Shown piece by piece: positions 58,652 to 64,000 of a stretch of 64,000 nucleotides of DNA (within the stretch, counting starts at the first letter, position 1; every line of letters begins with the position of its first letter). The notes beneath the pieces were generated by a model. That model did no database searches. It had not been told where the DNA came from and saw nothing but the letters and a program-made list of their open reading frames with translations. The position numbers and the translations under genes are program-made. Source of the DNA: Candidatus Sigynarchaeum calidifontis (GTDB taxonomy: Archaea > Asgardarchaeota > Lokiarchaeia > Sigyniarchaeales > Sigyniarchaeaceae); NCBI GenBank assembly GCA_030587475.2, contig JAUQYZ020000253.1, positions 10,553-74,552 of the forward strand, written 5' to 3'.

Positions 58652-59746
58652 TTACTTCTGCGCCCCGAGTCGATCAAGTGACACGGTTCCCACGTAGATG
58701 TCATCGAGGAGATCGTGGTTCGATTTTTCCAGTGCCATGATTTCCACGAGCCCCTTGTGCTTGCCGCCAGCCAGGCCGTTCGCGATGAACGCCGCGCCTT
58801 GAGCGGCGGTCTTGGAAATGCGTGCTATGGATCCAACCGTGCGGACCGGGAAGGAAAACGGCTTTTTCAAGAAATTCACCAGTTGGCCGGCGATCTCATT
58901 CGACGCGCGCCCGGACACGATGATTTCCTTGATGCTGGACGGGTCAGAGAACGATGGTACAAGGGAAAAGATACCCTGGAGCATGTCATGGTAGAAACCT
59001 GACACCGCGTCCGCCGTGCGCTCGTCTTTCTTCGCCATCAAGAAAATCTCCTTCGGCGTGAGATCTTCGTGACCCACGATGGCTGACAGGCCCCCGCCGT
59101 AGATATCCTTTTTCGAAACGTGGTCGAGCAAGTAGGCGAGCTCGCCATCAAGGCGGCCCGCCGTGCCGAACCCCATGCCGCCCAGCGACCCGCCGATGCC
59201 GTCGACGATCTTGCCATTCTCCACGGCAATGTACGCGTTGAAACCGAAGCCCACCTCGACGAGAATGAAACATGTCGATGCGAGCGGGATGTTCAAGAAA
59301 CCCGCCTGGTCAACGATGGCTGCAGCAGCGGCACAAACCTTGTCCGCGGTACCCATGTCGATGCGGTTGTACTTGAAGCAGCGCTTGACGGTCTCGAGCT
59401 GCTTCACGCCCGGTATCACGTATCCCTTGATGCCCGCGTCCTTGAGCATGCGCAAGACCTTGCCGATGCCCATGACGTGGGGGTCGGAGGACCGGCGCAA
59501 GTTGGCCTTGGCGATATCGCTATCGGTCATGGCCGCGATCGGTTTCAGCGGGATCCCGTGCCCAGAAGGTGCCACGATCGTGTCGAGCGGCTCGTTGCTC
59601 TCGATGACTTGCAGCAGCTTCCGCGGCTCGGCCAGCACTTGTTTCGTGGGCACGGACACGTCGAGGAACACGTCGTCGCCCTCGAGACCCAGGATGTCCC
59701 ACGATCCCGACCCTGGATCGATCCCGATAACGCGCACGCGCGACAT
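58652..59746 (-). CDS. DUF1464-family ASKHA (butyrate kinase-like) protein
   Basis: IGIDPGS.SWD, APSGHG, IPGV..L, NRIDMGTADK, VE.G.GF, IVDGIGG, DGELAY, AAQGAA.IANGL.GG. Confidence 0.82.
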   Translation of the reverse strand: MSRVRVIGIDPGSGSWDILGLEGDDVFLDVSVPTKQVLAEPRKLLQVIESNEPLDTIVAPSGHGIPLKPIAAMTDSDIAKANLRRSSDPHVMGIGKVLRMLKDAGIKGYVIPGVKQLETVKRCFKYNRIDMGTADKVCAAAAAIVDQAGFLNIPLASTCFILVEVGFGFNAYIAVENGKIVDGIGGSLGGMGFGTAGRLDGELAYLLDHVSKKDIYGGGLSAIVGHEDLTPKEIFLMAKKDERTADAVSGFYHDMLQGIFSLVPSFSDPSSIKEIIVSGRASNEIAGQLVNFLKKPFSFPVRTVGSIARISKTAAQGAAFIANGLAGGKHKGLVEIMALEKSNHDLLDDIYVGTVSLDRLGAQK

Positions 59747-59794
59747 TAATAACTCTTAGCGATGGATAGTAGAAAAAAGGTTGGTAGTTCTCCA

Positions 59795-60333
59795 CCATGA
59801 ACCCCACGAGCAAGGGCAGATCCGGCGAAGTCGCCGCGATCGTCTACGCGGAGCTGATCGAGGAGGGAGCCACGCCGGTCGCGTGGTACCCGCCCGGCGA
59901 ATCGATTTCTTACATCGATCTCACCAACATCAGCCTCAAATCCATTTCGCTGCTCGTGGGCGACAAGCCGGATCACGCCCGACTCAACGATGCCCGGTTC
60001 ATCGTCGATCAAGAGAACGCTTTCGCCGTCATCCCGTTCCCAGATCAAGACGCCGTCGGGATCGCGTACATGTTCAACTACACGAACGTGGACGGGAAAA
60101 ACGTGATCTGCACGATCACGGCGACGGTTAACGCCAAGCTGCGCAATTTCTTGTTTGAAAAGCACGAGAACATAGAACAAATGCTCAGGTTCACCGCGTT
60201 CGAGGTCTTGAAAATCGTCATGCGCGAGAAGGCTTATAAAAAGGATGATCTCGTCTCGCGGCTCCAGTTACTCCACGAGAAGCTGACCAAGCTCGCGAAA
60301 GGCTAGGGGAGCCATGAATCCCACGAGCAAGGG
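59795..60333 (+). repeat. 22-bp direct repeat (21/22 identical) flanking the longin-like gene
   Basis: CCATGAACCCCACGAGCAAGGG at 59795-59816 and CCATGAATCCCACGAGCAAGGG at 60312-60333. Confidence 0.85.
59797..60306 (+). CDS. stand-alone longin-like protein, paralog of the N-domain of 56450-57922
   Basis: AIVYAEL.EEGATP, ISLKSISLLVG, FAVIPFPD, TITATV...NFLFE parallel ISMKSISLLMG, FGILPFPD, TITILV...NFFYD. Confidence 0.75.
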   Translation: MNPTSKGRSGEVAAIVYAELIEEGATPVAWYPPGESISYIDLTNISLKSISLLVGDKPDHARLNDARFIVDQENAFAVIPFPDQDAVGIAYMFNYTNVDGKNVICTITATVNAKLRNFLFEKHENIEQMLRFTAFEVLKIVMREKAYKKDDLVSRLQLLHEKLTKLAKG

Positions 60334-60359
60334 GATGAAAGAGAGGACACGGGAGGGAC

Positions 60360-62054
60360 ATGCACATGGCAGCGGGGCACCGAACCATCTGGCTCGTCAC
60401 CGGGGAGCTGGCAGAGAAAAACATCTCGGTTCTCGCCGCCAAGAACCCGTCCGTGAGATCCATCACCGCGCCCGTGAGCGTGGCATCGTTCATCACGAGC
60501 AAGGACGTGAAAAAGCTCGTTGCTGATAACCCGGACATGGCGTCCGGGATCATCGTCTTGCCGGGCATGATTCGCTGGAACACTGCTCCCCTGGAGGACG
60601 AGCTCGGGGCCATCATCGTGAAAGGACCGTGCAACGCTGCCGAGTTGCACCAATTCATCAAGGGCGTCGTGAACATCGCCAAGGAGCACGCGGGCGCGTC
60701 CCGCCAGGAGCTGTCCATGCTGATAGCCAACCTCAAGCGGACGAAGGAACAGGACCGCGAGGGATACCGGGCCATCCTGGAGGAGCGCGCCGCGCTGTTG
60801 GATCGCCCCGGCAGGCCTCCTTCCCCGGTCCAACACGAGGAGAACCAGCGCGTGCTCGACAAGCTCCACGTGCAAGGCCGCAACTTTCGGGTCGCTGGCT
60901 CGAAGTTCGTCATCGGTAAAGATTTCCCGCCGGCGATCATGGCCGAAATAATAAACGCCGCGGCGAAGCCCGCAACAGAAATCGACTCGCAAGTGGAATA
61001 TTTCCTCGCGAGCGGCGCGGACATCATAGACGTGGGCGCGACGCCGGGCAAGCATGATCCGGAGGCCCTTGCCGCCATCGTCGCCAGGATCAAGAAGCAA
61101 TGGCGCTGCATCGTGAGCATCGACAGCCTCGACGAGAAGGAGATCCTGGCATCCGTCGACGCCGGCGCGAGCATCGTCCTCAGCATCGACGAGGGCAATG
61201 CTGGCATCTTGCCATCGCTCGACAAGGAAACTGCCCTGGTCATCATCCCCACGAACGTGAAGGCGGGCACCTTTCCCACGACGCCAAACGAGCGGGTCGG
61301 CACGCTCGCCCGCCTGGTGAAGCGGGCGCGCGAGCTGGGCTTCACGCGCATCGTCGCCGACCCGATCCTCAACAGTCCCATCGTCCCCGGATTCGCGATC
61401 TCCCTGGAAGCGTTCAACAAGTTTGCCCAGGCGGCGGTCACCGACCCGGATCTCGACGTGCCGCTGTTCATTGGCGGGTCAAACGTGACCGAGATGATCG
61501 ACACGGACTCCACCGGCGTGAACGCGCTACTCGCGGTGATAGGCGCCGAGCTCGGCGCTGGGATCCTCTTCACGTCGGAAGATTCGGCCAAGTGCATCGG
61601 TTCCGTGAAGGAGCTTCGCGCGGCGCGGGACATGGCTTTTTATGCGTCTCTGAAGGGTGTGCACCCAAAAGACTTGCCTTTCGACGCGTTCAACGCGAAG
61701 AAAAAGCACAAGACAATCCCGCCCTTCGAAGTGCCTGCAAAGGGTTCCGCGCCCGGAACGACCATCATCGACGCCGACGTGCCGGGCGTCGCCCGGCCCT
61801 ACCGCGCCGATCCATCGGGCACGTATTTCAAGTTCATGGTCGACCATGTCCGAGGGAGGATTTACGCCGCTGCCTTCACCAAGGATGGAATGGCACGCGT
61901 GTTCCAAGGTAAATCTGCGGAGGTGATAGGAAAGGAAATCCTCGCAATGCACGACGACTTGACAAAGAGTCACGTGCTCTACATCGGCCGGGAACTTGCC
62001 CGTGCCGAGGACTGCCTCGCGCACGGAGCGGTCTACGTGCAAGACGAGACGTGA
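60360..62054 (+). CDS. archaeal dihydropteroate synthase-like protein (methanopterin pathway)
   Basis: LVTGELA, PVSVASF, MAEI, GADIIDVG, SIDS, LSID, ADPIL, NVTEMID.DS.GVNA, E.S.K, PKDL, H..Y.GREL..A; GGAGG upstream. Confidence 0.85.
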   Translation: MHMAAGHRTIWLVTGELAEKNISVLAAKNPSVRSITAPVSVASFITSKDVKKLVADNPDMASGIIVLPGMIRWNTAPLEDELGAIIVKGPCNAAELHQFIKGVVNIAKEHAGASRQELSMLIANLKRTKEQDREGYRAILEERAALLDRPGRPPSPVQHEENQRVLDKLHVQGRNFRVAGSKFVIGKDFPPAIMAEIINAAAKPATEIDSQVEYFLASGADIIDVGATPGKHDPEALAAIVARIKKQWRCIVSIDSLDEKEILASVDAGASIVLSIDEGNAGILPSLDKETALVIIPTNVKAGTFPTTPNERVGTLARLVKRARELGFTRIVADPILNSPIVPGFAISLEAFNKFAQAAVTDPDLDVPLFIGGSNVTEMIDTDSTGVNALLAVIGAELGAGILFTSEDSAKCIGSVKELRAARDMAFYASLKGVHPKDLPFDAFNAKKKHKTIPPFEVPAKGSAPGTTIIDADVPGVARPYRADPSGTYFKFMVDHVRGRIYAAAFTKDGMARVFQGKSAEVIGKEILAMHDDLTKSHVLYIGRELARAEDCLAHGAVYVQDET

Positions 62055-62126
62055 CCCCGCCGGGCGCGTTCGTATACCGGCGCCAGCCCTCGCTTTTTTA
62101 ACCACGGAGCCATTACACGGCGTGTT

Positions 62127-63098
62127 ATGGCGCGCCATGTATTCCAGCACGACGTGCAATCCGAGCGTCCCGACTTCCCCATCGCGCTTGACCGGGTAGG
62201 CATCGAAGATGTAGTTAAACGCATCGATATCAAGCGCAAGGACGGCCGGTACTCGATGGACGTGTCGATCAAGGCATACGTGAACTTACCGGCGATGCAG
62301 CGTGGTTCCCACATGTCTCGTTCGGCGGAATCCATCGAGGATTGCATTTCGGAACTTGTATTCTCGCCCAAGGAGAACATCGAAGAATTTGCCGTGGGGA
62401 TTGCCCGCGCCATGCTCGACAAGCACGCCTACGCGGATAACTGTCATGTCGAGATGGAAGGGCCGATCATCCTCCAGGCCAGGCAGCGCGAGGGGGAAGC
62501 CTCGACCCAGGCATCGTACCGGCTGCGCTGCACCGCCGACGCTTCTCGCGGGCCCAAGGGACAAGGCGACTACGTGTACAAGATCGCCATCTCGGTGACG
62601 GCGGAAGGCATGATCGCGTGCCCGTGCGGACAGGAGATGTCGCGCGAGTTTGCCAAGGAAATCCTCGCATCGCGCGATGACATCAGGCTCGACCCGGTCG
62701 TGATCGACAATATTCTAAACGTGATCCCGCTCGCGACCCATAACCAGCGCGCCAATGGCACGATCACGCTCCAGGTGCCCGCGCCCGGTGCTGTCGATCT
62801 CTACGACATCATCGATGCGATCGAATCATCGATGTCCGGCCGCATCTCGGGCATCTTGAAGCGTCCCGACGAGGCGTCGCTCATCCGCACCGTGCACCAG
62901 GACCCGATGTTCACCGAGGATGTCGTGCGCCGCATGGCGTCGGTCCTGGCCGGGGAGAAGTTCAAGCACTTGCCAGGCGATATGGTGGCGACCATCGCGC
63001 TCGTGAGCATGGAATCCATCCACCCGCACCAGGCATCGGCGTTGCTCACGACGACGCTCGCCAAGCTCCGGGAAGCATCGGCGAAGATCAAGGGCTGA
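62127..63098 (+). CDS. mptA: GTP cyclohydrolase MptA (FolE2 family)
   Basis: DVQ, L.RVG, V.LP..QRGSHMSR, GMIACPC.QE, THNQR, LKRPDE, P.FTEDVVR, ESIH.H. Confidence 0.92.
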   Translation: MARHVFQHDVQSERPDFPIALDRVGIEDVVKRIDIKRKDGRYSMDVSIKAYVNLPAMQRGSHMSRSAESIEDCISELVFSPKENIEEFAVGIARAMLDKHAYADNCHVEMEGPIILQARQREGEASTQASYRLRCTADASRGPKGQGDYVYKIAISVTAEGMIACPCGQEMSREFAKEILASRDDIRLDPVVIDNILNVIPLATHNQRANGTITLQVPAPGAVDLYDIIDAIESSMSGRISGILKRPDEASLIRTVHQDPMFTEDVVRRMASVLAGEKFKHLPGDMVATIALVSMESIHPHQASALLTTTLAKLREASAKIKG

Positions 63099-63213
63099 AA
63101 AATGCCCATCAAAAGGCGAGTCTCGTCCGGTCTGGCGCGAGCACGATGCAAACACGCACGAGATCGTCCGTACAAGCACGCTGGCCCTGTAAAGGAAAAA
63201 AATGGAAGGAAGA

Positions 63214-63933
63214 TCAGGAATACTGCACCCTTTCTAGCGTGCTCCCCGTCGTTGGCACGGCCCTCAAGGAATTTCGCACGAGAAGAAAGTACACGCCATT
63301 CAGTGCCGTCGCCCCTATCCCGAAGGGAATGCTAAAAGTCGAGAATCCCAGCCAGATCAACCCGATCTGGATGAAATAGTACGCGATCCCGCTCGCAACG
63401 AGGACGAGGGAGATGATGGGGATCACGATGGTGATCTCGTTCTTCAACGCGTCCTTGACGAGGCACACGGCGAACAAAACAGACGGGACAACGGAAGGCA
63501 GCGACACCACGAGGCCGTACGCGATGTGGATAGCGAGTATAACATCCATCCCGCTATCGATCAAGGCGTGCTCCAAGGTGGTTCCCAGGGTCGAATATAT
63601 CACGCCGAGGACGAGTGCAAGCACGAACGAGCCGAGAAGGATGAACCCGGCGATAAAGAGTAACTTGCGCTCCAGCCGCTTCCCGGCGATGATCAAGAGT
63701 ACCGCGGCGGCGATGGTACATGGAAGGGTGATCAAGCCCACGATGAAGGTGGCGGTCAAAAACGACCCGCCCATCATGAAGATGAGGGGTATGAACGTGG
63801 AAAGAACCGAGGCCCCAGCGAGACAGAAGTACATGATGGCGATGGCCAGCAGGATGCCACGCCCAACAGCCAGCGTTTCTCGACTTGTCGCTCGTGTCAT
63901 GGCAGTTCTTGCTCCGGAAGGTTCCATGAGCAA
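63214..63933 (-). CDS. hypothetical polytopic membrane protein
   Basis: About 6 hydrophobic helices, no recognised motif. Confidence 0.6.
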   Translation of the reverse strand: MLMEPSGARTAMTRATSRETLAVGRGILLAIAIMYFCLAGASVLSTFIPLIFMMGGSFLTATFIVGLITLPCTIAAAVLLIIAGKRLERKLLFIAGFILLGSFVLALVLGVIYSTLGTTLEHALIDSGMDVILAIHIAYGLVVSLPSVVPSVLFAVCLVKDALKNEITIVIPIISLVLVASGIAYYFIQIGLIWLGFSTFSIPFGIGATALNGVYFLLVRNSLRAVPTTGSTLERVQYS

Positions 63934-64000
63934 GGAGGCGATTTCAAGGATTTAAACGTATCATCGCCGGCGAGGGTCGATTGCTTGCCGGCAAGAGAGA

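Noticed and set aside
60218-61633. Long antisense and alternate-frame ORFs here and throughout (e.g. 1714-2583, 24289-25395)
   Set aside because: These are shadow ORFs expected opposite GC3-rich genes and show no motifs.
62055-62100. GTTCGTATACCGG resembling a tRNA T-arm
   Set aside because: The flanks do not form a 5-bp T-stem and there is no cloverleaf.
1-64000. Selenocysteine or pyrrolysine readthrough and programmed frameshifts
   Set aside because: Recognised proteins appear full length and no split conserved gene was noticed; not exhaustively tested.

Overview
A gene-dense archaeal window, almost certainly from an Asgard archaeon (Lokiarchaeia-like; inferred from gene content, no marker phylogeny run). 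Housekeeping genes include aRF1, TFB, Gar1, DnaG, SmAP3, ArcS/RaSEA, a PanE-MfnA-pantoate kinase CoA cluster, AroA'/AroC/AroA, MptA with a DHPS-like gene, core MetE, GdhA and HypB. Interspersed with them are many eukaryotic-signature genes: a Rab-like GTPase, two Rag-like GTPases, three longin/uDENN-like proteins, single and tandem roadblock proteins, an ESCRT-III (Snf7) protein, a Get3-like ATPase, a PAC4-like proteasome chaperone and a C4C4 RING-like finger. The most striking signal is a candidate Rag GTPase/GAP system. Two longin domains carry the 'ARG' arginine-finger loop of folliculin/SMCR8: one is encoded head-to-head with a Rag-like GTPase (and upstream of an ACT-domain gene), and the other is fused to a Rag-like GTPase-roadblock protein. 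A third paralogous longin lacks the arginine and is flanked by a 22-bp direct repeat. Several intergenic structured-RNA candidates were noted. No rRNA, tRNA, CRISPR array or transposase was recognised. All homology calls come from motif recognition by eye, with eukaryotic reference motifs recalled from memory, not from database searches.
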